A stretch of DNA of 64,000 nt from Camelus ferus (GCF_009834535.1 NC_045697.1:81408001-81472000); one strand, 5' to 3'. Shown: positions 1 through 13,089, counted from the stretch's first letter. Notes: generated by a model from the sequence alone, not told the origin. Translations and numbers: made by a program.

Positions 1-560
1 GAAAATAAAAAGTGATCATTTACAGTAGCAATAAAAAAGGAACACATCTTTTTTTAAGTGCAAAGTTTGTAGGGAGCAAATTATTAAACTTTAAGACATT
101 AAAGAAAATCTGAAAAAAATGGTAGAAATATAACTTTCTATGATTGGGATACTGAGCATTGTTGTGATATAAACTTAATCAGTTGACAAAGACTACCGTT
201 CTAGTAAAATTATGATTTGTTTCACTTTTATATTTAATTTAGCAATTTGATTCTAAAATTTATGTCAAAGAGCAAATAATCAAGAACAGTCAAAGGCATT
301 CAAGAAAAATGACAATTTGCAGAGACTGGTTCTTCCACATATTAAAAAGTAGCAATAAAGATACGGTAATTAACACAGGGAGAATTTAGCTGACAAAACA
401 CATACACAAAAGGGACTGAAGAGAGAGCTACACAGACCCAGAGCATAGAAAATCCCCATGTATATGTGGAAAACTGATCTGAGATAGAGCAAAGATGGCA
501 GAGTGGTGTGGAAACAGATTCTTAAACAAATCACAATGTGACTGTAATACCAATTACGAA
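1..560 (+). mobile_element. Highly decayed old L1 (L1M/L1ME-type) ORF2 fragment
   Basis: A-rich sense strand with degenerate ORF2-like motifs (e.g. 'tgattctaaaatttatgtcaaagagcaaataatcaagaacagtcaaag', 'gatagagcaaagatggcagagtggtgtggaaacagattcttaaacaaat'); no open frame. Confidence 0.6.
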
Positions 561-1444
561 AGAATTATTAAGGATGGTTGGTTTGGAGTGAGAAGAATAT
601 CAGAACTTATTATTTTCTTCTTTGCATTTTTAAATTTCCTAAATAAAAAAAAGAAACAAAACAATAAATATCATTAAAATGCAGTGAATGAAAGGTGAGG
701 AAGTAGAAATTATAAGTAACTCGAAGTCTTGCTATGAAGAAAAGCAGAAAATTTAGATCCTACTTTGAGGGAAGCAAGGACAAGAGGACATTATTTTAAT
801 GTTTGGGTGTAGAGCATATTTATAGGCTAATAGGAATGGTCCAGTAAAGAGTGAAACCCTGATGATGGAGAAGGGTAAGGCAATCAATTATTTAAAAATT
901 TGTCTGAAGAGGGAACTCTTAATCCTCTACAATTTGATATAAATGAAGCAAGTTTAAATGCAGACATTGTAACCATAAGCTGGACTAGCACTAGGTTCTT
1001 TTCCAAGACTCTATTATATTTCAGAAAGAATAGATATTAACTGGAAGAAAATAAAATGCTTAAATATTTCTAGAATAAACTTTCTGACATGGAAAAACAT
1101 AATACAGACATCAGTGCAAAATACATGAGTATGGATATCATGAGACCAAAGAAGACAATTTGACTTTCTTTAGTTTTCATGAGGAAAATATTCTTTCTTG
1201 ATAAATTTAAAGAGTTGTTTTTTGGAGTTTCTTATTTATAGAAAGTGCTGTGGGTCTACTGAATTACTGAAGAACTTACAAATATGGGGGGAGGGACTGG
1301 AGTATGAATGATGTTAACGTTATTGTCAATTCTTCGTTGACACAAAACCTGTGTACACACTTTGTTTTGTTTTTTAGCCAACAATAAAGTTATGATTCTA
1401 ATTTATATTAATTAATTTAAAATTATTTATAAGTAGGTTAAAAA

Positions 1445-1825
1445 ATGTTCACCACAATATGTTTCTTCTGTATTCCCAGATGTATAGGAAGTCTGCATGT
1501 CCTCATCCCCATGAATTAAAAGAGTGATCATGTGACTTGTTTTGGCCAACCGAACGTGAGGAGTGAGGCATTTCACTTCTGTTGGAAGTCAGTGATCAAT
1601 TTTTCAGCATGACTCCTCCTTGCTTCAGTGATTGTAAAAGCATATTGAGGTCGAGGTGCTAGGTACTGAAGAGCAGCCTCCGGGCTGAAGTAAATACAGG
1701 GAGGGCAGACAGCCTGGGGCATGTCCTATACTCACAGTGATGTGTAAGCAAAGATAAATATTGGGTTAAGCTAAAAAAAATTTAAAGTTGTTGCTAGTAT
1801 AGCATAACTTAGACCTTCTTGAAGG
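1445..1825 (+). mobile_element. MaLR (MLT1-family) solo LTR
   Basis: MLT1-like motifs 'catgtgacttgttttggccaac..aacgtgag' and 3' end 'ttgttgctagtatagcataacttagacc'. Confidence 0.65.
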
Positions 1826-3333
1826 AATTAGGAAACTAAAGTAGAAGGTGGAGCAGGAGAATTAAACCCCAGGAGAAGTAAAGGAAGCTGGGTAGAAGAA
1901 AATCTAAATCTTCTAACTATCCTTGAGTCTTGTGCAAAAAGAATTTTTGTATGTGAGAGACAGTGGAAAATCCTATGACATGCCATATCGCTTAAGCTAT
2001 TTATTCCCTTTTATTTGGTACTGGGTTTGAATGTCACTTACTTATTTACCTGTGATTAATATCTTGATGAAAACTTATCTCATTTTTTAAAAATTTCTAA
2101 TTTAAAAGGCTTTGTTGCTCTGGGGCCAGAAACGCTGAAGTCTAAGGTTTTGAGCTCTAAAATTAGAAAATAGAATATGACTGAAAGAAAGTTTCAATAT
2201 GATGTATACCCTTTGGGAAAAAAATGGAAACTTCTGGCATTTTATTAATCCTTTTTGGTGAGGTAATCTTATAAAATTTATAGTACCAAAGGAAAGATTA
2301 AAAATTAAATAGCTAGTACTGATTCTTAATAGTTCAGAAAATATAACATCACTGATCTTTTTGTAGTTATATGTTGTCTTTAACATTTTTTTTTAGGCAC
2401 CTGAGACTATTTTACCAAATTTTTCTAAAAAAGCCTTAAGTGCAAATGAAAGTATTCCTACCAAGTGACTTCAGAAATAATGTTTATGGTTGGGAAGGCA
2501 TTCATGCATGTAGAAATGAGAAAAGACAGTTAGTGAATTCCCAAAATATCTTTTTAAAAATCTCATACATTGCCTTTCCTGCTTCACTCCTTATTGACTT
2601 TTCATATTAAAACAAACAGTATGGTTTTTATTTCAAGGGTCAAGTTATAGAAAACAATAAACTGGCTAAAAGCAATACAGCACTATTATATAAAATCAAA
2701 CAAGAAAACAAAGCTCTAAAATTGTTCCTACTTTGGCTTGCTGGTGGGAATTTATTGAAGAAGCCTTTTAAACTTCATCAAAAAAGCCTCACACCAGTTA
2801 ATGATAACAGGGGGGAGAAGAGATTTTGCTATGTTTAAATTCCATTAGAGCATTGCGGGTTTTTACTTCCTAAGTGGACCTTTTAACTTCCGAAGTAGAT
2901 CCTTTGAGGTCTAAGCTTATTTGCTCTCAGCAAAAATATGGTTTCAGTGACTTAGAAAAAAAATATTTTAAGACAATAGTAATTTTTAAAAACATATACT
3001 TGTGAAATATTTCCCTATCGTGAACATGCAGCTGAAATTCATTTTTAAATTAAATTATTAGTTATAATACATAAATTTAAATTTTTAATTAAATGGAACT
3101 GGTTATAATGAGCATGAATCAACTGCAATATTTTCTTCATTTTATTTATAGGAGGAAGTACTAAATAATAAAAATAAATAACTCATAATAGCAATATGGT
3201 AAAAAAATGACATTGAGTGATTTCAAACCTCATGATACATTTTTTTTTTCAAATTTTGCTGCTAGATTTTACGAAGGCCAGGTTAAGTTCTAGGGCCTAA
3301 AGTGAGACAACGTTTGCTTCACCTACCTAGAGT

Positions 3334-4035
3334 TGAAATAGAGCAGGACCCTATGGGGCCTTCCCAGGACAGACCCCACCACCACCACCAAATGTCCTCT
3401 GCCTGCCTCCTGTCTCTAGAAAAACTGTAGTCAAAAAATAAGTTTAATCAGAGAAATAAAATACAGAAACAAAGGGAAATAGTCAAGTAAAAGAAAATAA
3501 TGGTTTAGTCATTTAACAAAGTCAAGGACCTTTAGTTCCTTCTCAAAGGCTATAGATAATTCTCTGAGCCATATCCTTTAAGCTGTCTTGTAGATAATGG
3601 AAACCCCACCTGGTGGAAGAACTTAACTACGTGATGTCCAAACTGTAACCATGACATAAGCTGCTACAATTCTGAGAAACGGTCTCAAAGAAATGGGAAC
3701 AAACCGACCATGGAACTAAAGGTTAATTGTACTTAAAACAATCAAGATGACTGATCAGACCCCTGCATAACTAATTACAAGATGACTGTCAGAGCTGACT
3801 GTGCTCTTCTGCATCTATCCCCTACACATCCCTGCAACTCCCCCTTTAAAAGGTCTTGCCCACTGATTGACAGCGGGGGAGTTGGTCTCTGGATAGGAGT
3901 GCACCCTACATCCCCATATTCACCCCCCATCCCCGATTGCTGGCCTCCAGAATAAAGCAAAATTTCCTTTCTACCAACATATGCCTCTATATTGGCTTGT
4001 GAATGGCGAGCAGTCAGATCTGAGGTTCGGTAACA
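3334..4035 (+). mobile_element. ERV1-type solo LTR, ~700 bp, well preserved
   Basis: TG...CA termini (TGAAATAGAG...GGTAACA), TATA-like TTTAAAA ~3845, AATAAA at 3951-3956, GC higher than flanks, 4-bp flanks GAGT/GGGT (TSD with one mismatch). Confidence 0.8.
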
Positions 4036-5279
4036 GGGTCAATGATAAATTAACACTAGATAAATTGATGATTATATGAGATAAAATGCATAAATATAAT
4101 GTTGATTTGTTTATACCAATTATATTGATTATATATATATTCAAAATATTACAAAACCAATACCTTCCTTAAGGATTACATCCTTCTGATTCACTAATTT
4201 GACCCTGAAGCTTCTGGTTAGACATGGAGAATTGAAGGGTCACTAACATATATCTCCTTTCCTATGAAAACTCATTCAAATAGGAACTCAAAGTATATGA
4301 AAACCTCTAAGTTCAAAGAGAACAAGAGGTAAAACCCCAGCAGTGGAGAGGCGTGGTTCCTCACTTACAACATAGTACCTCCAGGGGGCATGGCTGACAT
4401 GAAAAAGAATTGTTTCCATAGCTCCAGGAAACTTCAGTTATTGAAGCAGAAATCAGGTGGGGAACTGAAAACAGACTGTGTAAAAGTCTGTATTTAGACT
4501 TCCCATTCCCAGGTTATTGCCTTACGACTGATAAAGGTAATTTGTACATCGGTTCCCACAAAATAGGGGCAGCCCAGTGGCCCAGCCCACATCAAGAATC
4601 TAAACCTAAGTCAGCTTGCACTTATGGGAAACACCTCACTCACAAGGAAACCTAATACATGCCAATCACAATTTTCCAATCTTCTAGAAAATAAGACCTG
4701 TTAGCCTTGTAAGGAAATCCCTGACCTCCTGTTCAAGCATGCCATGTTTCTGAGTTGCCATTTCTAAAATGCTTTGTCAAACTTGCTCTTACCCAAAATC
4801 CCCCTGGAGGGGTGCTCCACTAGTTGTGACGCACTGCACTCCAGTAATTTCTCTCAGATCAAGTTCCACTTATTTTACATTCTGAGCTCTTCCAACTTCT
4901 TTTTCCTAATCCTTCTGGGTGGCAAACTGGGGTGTGAGACACTCAAGATTCTTCAAAGTGAAACTTGGTGGGCCACCACAATGGGGGTTGTGGTCGATCT
5001 CATCTACAAGGCCAGCACCTCTGGGAGGTTATGATAGGTCTCAGGAACCATGCACAGGCAGCCAGAAACACTAACTCTGGTTGAATTAGGGAGGATTAGT
5101 TCAACAAGGGAAAATAGTGGGTACCCCTCAATCTAAGAAAGCAACACAGCAGCTATTAGGCGGACTCACAAAGCCTGGAGGTAAGTCTGTCGCATAAATT
5201 CTCTGGGGACCTTCTCTATTTGCTCTTTTCTTTCTTTGAATTTCTCAAATTTTTTTCAACTTCTTAAGTTAATGTTTAA

Positions 5280-7400
5280 CTAATTTTGTTCACTTTTAAA
5301 TGAAAGTATTTAATTTCAGAAAATAGTTCTGTTTACTAAAGCATTTGAAAGTACTCCCATTTTCAGCGATCATCTCTAATTGTAGGTAGAATATCCTAAT
5401 CGAGTCAAGTGTTTAATGTTACTTTATTCAAATCAATACTTTCAGTGACTTTTTTGTCATTTAGGTAATAATTTTTTTTTTAACTTTTCCAAAAAAGGTG
5501 TGACTGATACAGTTTCTGCCCATTGGAGTTTATTGAGATTTTCTTCATGGTCTAATGATATTTGAATCTGTTTAGGGAACAAATTTTAAAAATAAGAGCT
5601 ATTCTACATACTTAGCACACAAATGTGCTATCAACTCTCCTATATCCTCACTTTACTTATGCCAATGGGAGCAGGCAAAAGTAAAGACAACTTTTTAAGG
5701 AAGATTTTAATTCATTTTTTATAAACCTTTTGTTTTATTTCATTTTGTGACTTCTGTTCTTGATGCTTTCATTGTTCTGTTTTCATCTTACAGACTATTT
5801 TTGTTTATATTCTTTTTTTAATCTCTAGAGAAATTGAGTAGTGTACATAGTGTTTTAAATTTCATTAGTGGTCATTTTATGCTTATGCTCATTGCTAAAT
5901 ATGATATGCTAATTCAATATTTTTTATGAGTTTTAAGAATGAGGGAGGATCTCATTACATCTTAAGAACTGGGATTGCATTTGACTGTAAGTACCTTAAA
6001 ATCAAATTACATTTCCTTACAGAAATAGAAGTTTTTCTTATAAAAAACAATTTTGAAGTAGGTCATGGCTGGCATTCATTTAGAGAATTACAAGAGGATC
6101 AGTGTCCTCAATGTTATTCTGGCCTTTCTTTAATGGTCTTAAGATGGTTTCTCAAGCTCTAGGCATGCAAGATCTGAGGTCAAGATATAAAAGAGGCAGT
6201 CTCAGGAGCAACCCTTTGTCTGGAAGTAGCTAGCATCACCTTAGGTGAGCTGAGCAATTTTTTTCCTTGTTACCCAGTTCTATCCTCCTAATTTATTTTA
6301 GTTTATTAGATTTATTTTCCTCAGGAATTTTCCGGCTTGTTTTTAATCTTCTTTTTCAGAATTTATTTCTCCAATTTAATGTTCATGTTAAGTTTTATAA
6401 AATTATATATAACAATTATCTAGGTAAAACAAATTTAAGTGCTCATGTGATGATTTTAGTTGTCTTTTGACAGATCATTGGTGAATTGTGAGTTCTATTT
6501 TATATAATCCAGAGAATTAATGCCACCATGCTATCTTTTTAAATTTTTGGAGTCTCTAACATTTCCTTGAAGGTCTAGAAAATTTTCTCAGTATTAGAGA
6601 ACAGAAATGGTCATCCACTGATGAATTTTGTTGTTGAAAAATCTTTGGCCAATTTGATTTTTGTTTTTTCCTAACTTACATTGTTTTTGATTGGTTACTT
6701 AGTTTTTCTGTCTCAATGTTTCCAGATTATTTTCTTCTTAAAAATTAAAAAAAAAAATCCACCTATTTCAAGGATGGAGACTTATTTTACTTATTTTGAG
6801 AAATCTCAGTGAGCCATTATCTTTTTTAAGTTTTAGTCATTTTTAAGATCACTGCTTTTTGAAAATCTGTTTTAATTTAATTATTGTTCACATTCCACTA
6901 GTCCTGGTTACTTCTAGATGTCAGATAACCATTTCAAGGTTTCTAGCAACCTCTCAGATATTATTTTGATCTCCTTGATATTTTCAATTGTGGTTAGTTC
7001 TCAAGTTTTCTTTCGATTTTCTGATTTTATTTTCTGTAGTATTAATTCAGTTTTTTATGATCTCTAAATTTGATTTTAATATTGCTTTGAAAGTGTTACT
7101 TACCTTAACAGTATTTTTTCCCACATAATCTTTTCATGCATTTTAATCACTTTCTTTTTCATTTCAGTTTGTTACTTTATCTCATATTTCATCATAATCT
7201 CTAGACACAGTCCCAGAATTCTAAATATTTAGTAGTTTTAGCATGCTTCTCTTGATGTAGTGAACTCAAGTTCCCCTTTGTTTCATGGTGTAGAATCTTT
7301 TCAGGTGCAGATCTGTGTAGCTAGCCAGTAGTCCACAGCATGGTTTGGTGTGGAGGCTGCTACCAAGTATAGACAATAGTAGCAAAGCTAATCAGAACCT
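5280..7400 (-). mobile_element. Decayed old L1M internal sequence, interrupted by a MaLR-like fragment (~5960-6240)
   Basis: Long T-rich tract with L1M-like phrases ('tttattgagattttcttcatggtctaat', 'ttttgttgttgaaaaatctttggccaatttgatt'). Confidence 0.5.
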
Positions 7401-7444
7401 CCTCTGGCCTCAGCCACCACCCAGGAATTTAAATGTGAACGTAA

Positions 7445-7832
7445 GAAAGTCAAGTATCATGTAATACCACTTATATATGGAATCTAAAAAAAAAAAATGA
7501 TACAAATGAACTTATTTACAAAACAGAAAAGACACATGGATATAGAAAGCAAATTTATGGTTACCAAAGGGGAAAGGGGGTGGGGGAGGGAGAGATTAAG
7601 TGTTTGGGATTAGCAGATACAAACTACTATATACAAAACAGATAAACAACAAGGTCCTACTATATAGCAAACGGAACTACGTTCAATATCTTGTAAAAAC
7701 CTATGATGAAAAACAATCTGAAAACAAATACACACACACACACATATGTATAACTGAATCACCATGCCATATACCAGAAGCTAACACAACACTGTGAATC
7801 AACTATACTTCAATTTAAAAAAATAAATAAAT
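7445..7832 (+). mobile_element. 5'-truncated L1 3' end (same family as the 51.7-54.0 kb L1)
   Basis: Close match to 53650-54040 ('ggaatctaaaa..tgatacaaatgaacttatttacaaaacagaaa', 'aaacaacaaggtcctact.tatagca'); ends in A-rich tail. Confidence 0.9.
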
Positions 7833-9974
7833 ACTTTCAGGTGGTTATTAAGGAAGAAAGAGAGGATATCAGGAGACAGATGTGAAATATTATTATCAGG
7901 CCACTAGAATAAAGATTAGGAAATTGGGTTTATAATGTCTCCAGAAGTCCTGTCATGAGTTCAGTATGTTTATTTTATTCCACTTTCTTTCAGGAATGGC
8001 ACCATTAATGACACTAGGTATGCATAAAATTTCTTCATATGTATTATGCCACATACATTTTTGTAACAAAAATGTCTATCTCATGTTCCCTGAGTCAGTT
8101 ACAGTTTTTCGATTATTTCTGCTTTTGCTATTATGCTTAGAGGGACAATCTCAATTCCCAATTCAAGAATATTGACATATTTTGTTTTACATGTATAGTT
8201 TCAGGATTTGCATCTTTAGTGCATCTGTATTTATTGGGCCACATGATAGGTGGTCAGTCTTAACCTTTTTCCTATTCAAATAACTCACAATTGTCACAAT
8301 CCTTTTTATTAGTGCATTGTACCTAATAATTTATATGCATTGTATATTAAAGTTGTTACTCATACTAAGCGATTCCTTGGAAAGCAGTTGAACTTAACAC
8401 AAGGTTGAGGAAAGGGCATTGTATTTTATATATATATATTTTATATATATATAAATTTGCCAGAGATTCTGCTACTTACATGATGCAATTCTAAGGTCAC
8501 AGTACTTAAAATAAACTCTTCCTTCTAGATTAAACATAACTTTTAATTGTGCCTTCATACAATATCTTTAATCAGAAGCTTATCTCAGGTTTGTACAAAT
8601 GTGCTCTACACATGCAGCTTTAACCTCCACTGATTCAAGGACTCTGTCATTATCCCATTTTCCAGGGTGAGGTGATTTCTAATTACGCACATCTTGGTGT
8701 TTAATTTCATGCGATTAGCTTGAAACTAATAGATGAATGGCCTGCTTGTATCTGAGGATGAAATAATTTGGATAGAATGACGGAAAAAAAAGCATTTAAC
8801 AAATGACAAAGGTGAATTTCACAGGGCCAAACATATTTTCAATGAAGTTTCCCTACATTTTTTCTGCCTGCAAAAAACAAAGCAAAAGCCTCTTTTGCCT
8901 TTTCAAAACCCATGAAAAAAATTGATCAAAATGAAAAAGAGAAACATTTTGCTGTTGGTTTGCATAGTACCTTTAAAGAATCATGGAAAATGGGCAAATT
9001 TATTGTTCAAAATATAATATAATGGGGTAAATCTGTGCTATGTATCAGATAGCTGATTTTTTTTGATAGTAGTGAGGCACTTAAAAATATTCAAATAAGC
9101 TTTCAGAGTTAAACTGAAGCATAGCTTTCACTATACCACTTTCAGAAAATGATTCTATCAAAAATCATTCTTTTCCCTGTTCTAAATTTAAAATATATAA
9201 ATATTACATATATATATGTGTGTATATATATATATGAAGATAAGGTCTGCTGATGCTTATTGAACTTTAAGTATATGATCAGCTGTGTAACTGTTCAGAT
9301 TTATCAGTAGTATAGGGTTAGCACAACGTCTCTCTACGTTATGCAGTGTATGTTTGTGCAGTAGAGGTGCGCTATTCCTGTCGAAGGAGTTGGGGACGAG
9401 ACGAGAGCTGTTTAAAGAAATGCACGTTATACTCAAGCACGCTTGATATTCCCTCACTGTTCACTCTTTTGAGTGCAAAAAGTGGTTTTTGCTAACTCCA
9501 TTTTGCTGCTCATGGAAAGCTGCAGGTTGATGAAACCTAAATCTACTTGATTCCTTTCCACCACTGCCATCATGCAGACAGTCAAGTATGATGTATTTAG
9601 TTGATGCAGTACTTATTACTCTCAAGCACAGCTTCTTATCAGGGAAAAATTAGACCATATGAGAAGTAATCAAGAAATTCTGGAGAGGTTGCAAAGATAC
9701 TCCTTTTAACTGCTTCCCTTTTATTTTTTTCTCTGTCTTTGGATCTCTCATTCTTCTGAAGGAAAGAAAAGTTCAAATCTCTATCACAAAGCTCCAGAAA
9801 ATTCTGTAGAAATATTTTATGTCACTATTTTCTTCAATGTTTTTATTTAGTAACAGTCATAACAATAAAGAACACAAGCTGAATAAATGCCAAATTAAGA
9901 AATTTATCCCCATACTAGAGCTACCAGAGTTGCCACTTTGGCAGAAATGAACCATTAAAAAAAATCCAGAGGTT

Positions 9975-10200
9975 CAGAGTATGAACTTTGGCAGTGGACC
10001 ACCTTGGTTCAAATCATATTTCTATTGATTACTAGCTATTTGATTAATCTTGGACATGCTGTCCTCTCTGTGAATTTTATTATCTGTGTAAGGGAATCAT
10101 AACAACATTTATCTCACATTTTTGGTGAGAAAATAAAATAGGAAGCCAATATAAAGCACTGAACACAGTAAACAGTCAATGAGGATCAATTGTTAATATT
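9975..10200 (+). mobile_element. MIR SINE
   Basis: MIR core-like 'ggttcaaatc...attactagctatttga...cttggacatg...ctctctgtg' and tail 'tataaagcactgaacacagt'. Confidence 0.6.
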
Positions 10201-10659
10201 AATCCCTCACGTGGCAATGATTGAATTTGAATATGCAACAATTCTTTCCTATTTTAGTAATGTTTTTTACATGTGGATTGAATATTATAGATATTTACCA
10301 GATTAAAACCTGTATCACATTCCTGTAATGAATATATTCCTATAAATGATCAAATGATCATCTGGTCCAACCTCTTGGTTTAGTAGCTAAGATCCTAAAG
10401 TGACAGAGAGTCCAAGAAAGTTGCTTGAAAGTAAACATCCATGCTTACTGGAGATTCAAGACTAGAACTTGCATGTCCTGACTTTCAGAAGTGTCTTCTG
10501 ACTTTATACTCCCATCTGCAAGTCCACCTAGACTTGTTTTTCACACATGGGTGTGCAAGATAAGTTCCAGATTGTAGAAACTAGAATTTAAGGTGAGAAC
10601 TTGGTCACAGGGCTATCCATAAAAATCATCCTTACTAGAAATGATACAAATGGCTACTT

Positions 10660-11640
10660 GGGAGGAATTAGTGTTGGTAAAAATCACTGTCTCTTTAACT
10701 GATAGACTAAGGTGGTAGGAAAAACCAATTGCAAGGAACTGAAATTGCCCCACTCCTACCAAGCAAAATAGTAAAATAAGGCAATGATACATCTCAAGAA
10801 GAGATTAATCTACCCTTATAGACTTTAGGGATGTTGAAAATGAGATCTTTATCATTTCTATGTTCAATTCAACTGTGTTGGTTTTGCAGAAACTGGATGT
10901 ATTGTAACAATTGATAGTGGATTACCATAATTTAAACCATAATTTGTTAACCCCTATCACATTTATAGTCCTGAAAGCAGTATCTTTACCAAAATTTATC
11001 AAGACAGTCTTGGACACTTACTATGCTGCTATTAATATGATAAATACATTTTTTCACACTCAGTCAGTTGGGAGGATCCAAAACAGTTTGCCTTTTGTGA
11101 AAAGAACAGGGGAATGTACTATCTTGCCCTAAGCCTAGGTTAACAATACTTTTCTCTGTTCAGAAAAAATCTGCAGTACCTTGATTATCATGACATTCTG
11201 CAGAACATCACATTGGCTCACTAATTAGATCATGAAAATTGGACTTAGTGAGCAGGAAATGTCATATAGTTAGTATGTCATGCATGCTAAGATACACAGA
11301 TGTCTGCTTGTGGGAAATAAAACTTACAAAAATTCAGAGACATGCCATATTAGTAAAAGTTTCTAGATTGTTTAGCTAGGGAGGTTACGTGAAGTGGGCA
11401 GGAGTATGTCCTGTATTCAGGGGATGCACTGAACTTTCTCTTGTTATTCCCACGTTTTCGTCGTGACCATAGCCTAGCAAGGACAAGGCAAAAGAACTCA
11501 GAGCTTTATGGGAATATTTAAGGAAGAATCAACCCACCATGAAAGCAGTCTAGCCAGCTGAATTGCTGATTGAGGCTGAAAGAAATCTAGAATGAATGGT
11601 AGAAGAAGAAAATGATGACTCTAACAAACAGTGGCAATTA
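10660..11640 (+). pseudogene. pol: Decayed ERV-L (class III) internal region: pol/RT remnant joined to the integrase C-terminal end
   Basis: ORF 10911-11132 MIVDYHNLN...YYAAINMINTFF matches ERV-L RT 'MTVDYRKLN...WYAAIDLANAFF'; downstream 'tgggaaataaaacttacaaaaattcag...gtaaaagtttctag' = WEINxxKIQ...VKFL; ~11550-11620 resembles ERV-L IN tail 'PAEVLAEGKGNTEWVVEE'; many stops and frameshifts. Confidence 0.9.
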
Positions 11641-11664
11641 TACTTTGTTTCAATGACCATTGCA

Positions 11665-12237
11665 TGTAGTCTGTTGTACTATATACAAAAGACAGCCCCC
11701 AATTCAAAAACTCAATGACAGAAAAGACCAAAGTGGTACAAGTAGTGGGAAATATCAGATGTCTTGGATGCCTCACTCTACATCTTCTTTGTCTCATATA
11801 CAATTCTAACTGAGGCTTTGTGGATGGTTCTGCATGGGCTTTTGAGACACCTGGTGCTAATGGTTTCCTGTCTGTTTGAAGACTTCTCCAGAGCTGCAGA
11901 CATAAATGGAAATTACTCCAATACTCTCAATAGTAACCCGAAAACAAAGAGCAGTCAGTGCCCTTGAGAACACCTCTTAACCAATGTGCTGATGGAAGCA
12001 GAGACTTAAACTCAGGTGGATACTTTCAGGAGGCACTCAGTACCCTTCTTTGAATATCCCAGTTGAAATTGAGCCTCTGTTCACAGCAGTGAGCATCATT
12101 TCACACTTACTGTCTTTTCCTCCTTCCCTCAGTTCTCTAAGGTTTTAACTCCTGCTCACTGAGAATAACTCCTAACAAACTCCTACATCTAAGTCCTTGT
12201 TTGGGGCTCTGTTTCAAGGGTTTCCCAGGCTAAGGCA
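11665..12237 (+). mobile_element. LTR16-type ERVL LTR, probable 3' LTR of the provirus above
   Basis: Starts TGTAGT, ends 'ggggctctgtttcaagggtttcccaggctaaggca' resembling the LTR16 terminus (..ggggaacccaaactaagaca); same strand as and directly downstream of the pol remnant. Confidence 0.7.
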
Positions 12238-13089
12238 TCCTCTGAAAGCACACCTAACATAGTAAATTCTGCATGGTCTTAAGAGATACATAGTTTGGTA
12301 GAGCAATTATACCACAACCTCAACTGATGAATAAAAACAGTTCTTTAAATTTTGAGACCCACACTTTATCATATAAATCTTTTCACATAACTATCTTCCA
12401 TAATCAATTGCATAAACTTCCAAATATATGTATATAAGTTATGCACATTTATAACATTTACGCTCTATTTATTGATAAACACTATACATTTTAACCAAGT
12501 TTGTTTCCTCCCTTGAGTTTGTTCCACCTAAACCCCTACTGCCTTTAGTTTTAAAACTTCTAAGCCTCTGAAATTTTAAAGAACTATGTTACATCATAAA
12601 TGAATTAGAGAAAAACAGAGAAAGGCCCAGTACTTACAAATGTAGTTCAGGAATCAAGGGGAATTAGATAAGGGAATCTAAATGCCTCACCGTTTGAATA
12701 ATATATTTGTAATGATATTAAATTTAGGAGGATTAAACACATAGGAGAATTGTTAAACTCAGGCACAAATTGACTTTAGTTACCTCTTATAGTGTATTGT
12801 TACTGGAAGCACTCTTATTATATTGTGGATCTCTGTGGCATGTATTCATTAGAGTCTTTTATTACATTTTAGAAAGCCAGAAATGCAATTTATATCAATT
12901 TGCTTTCCATACTTCTTAGGGAATTTGACTGAATATGAAAAAAAGTATTCTGAGTTCCTGCATGACATACTGGTACAATTCACTTGTTAAAATGTCTGTA
13001 ACACTTTCACTATTCAATTCACTATTGAATATAAAAGGCTACCAACTCCTGCCAGCATCACAAGGTCTAGAAATACTATCTCTGAATAA

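Noticed and set aside
8424..8456. AT palindrome with cruciform potential
   Set aside because: Simple (TA)n low-complexity sequence
9257..9457. 66-aa minus-strand ORF over the CpG patch
   Set aside because: Starts at GTG, no recognisable homology or splice context; the patch is reported for composition and structure only
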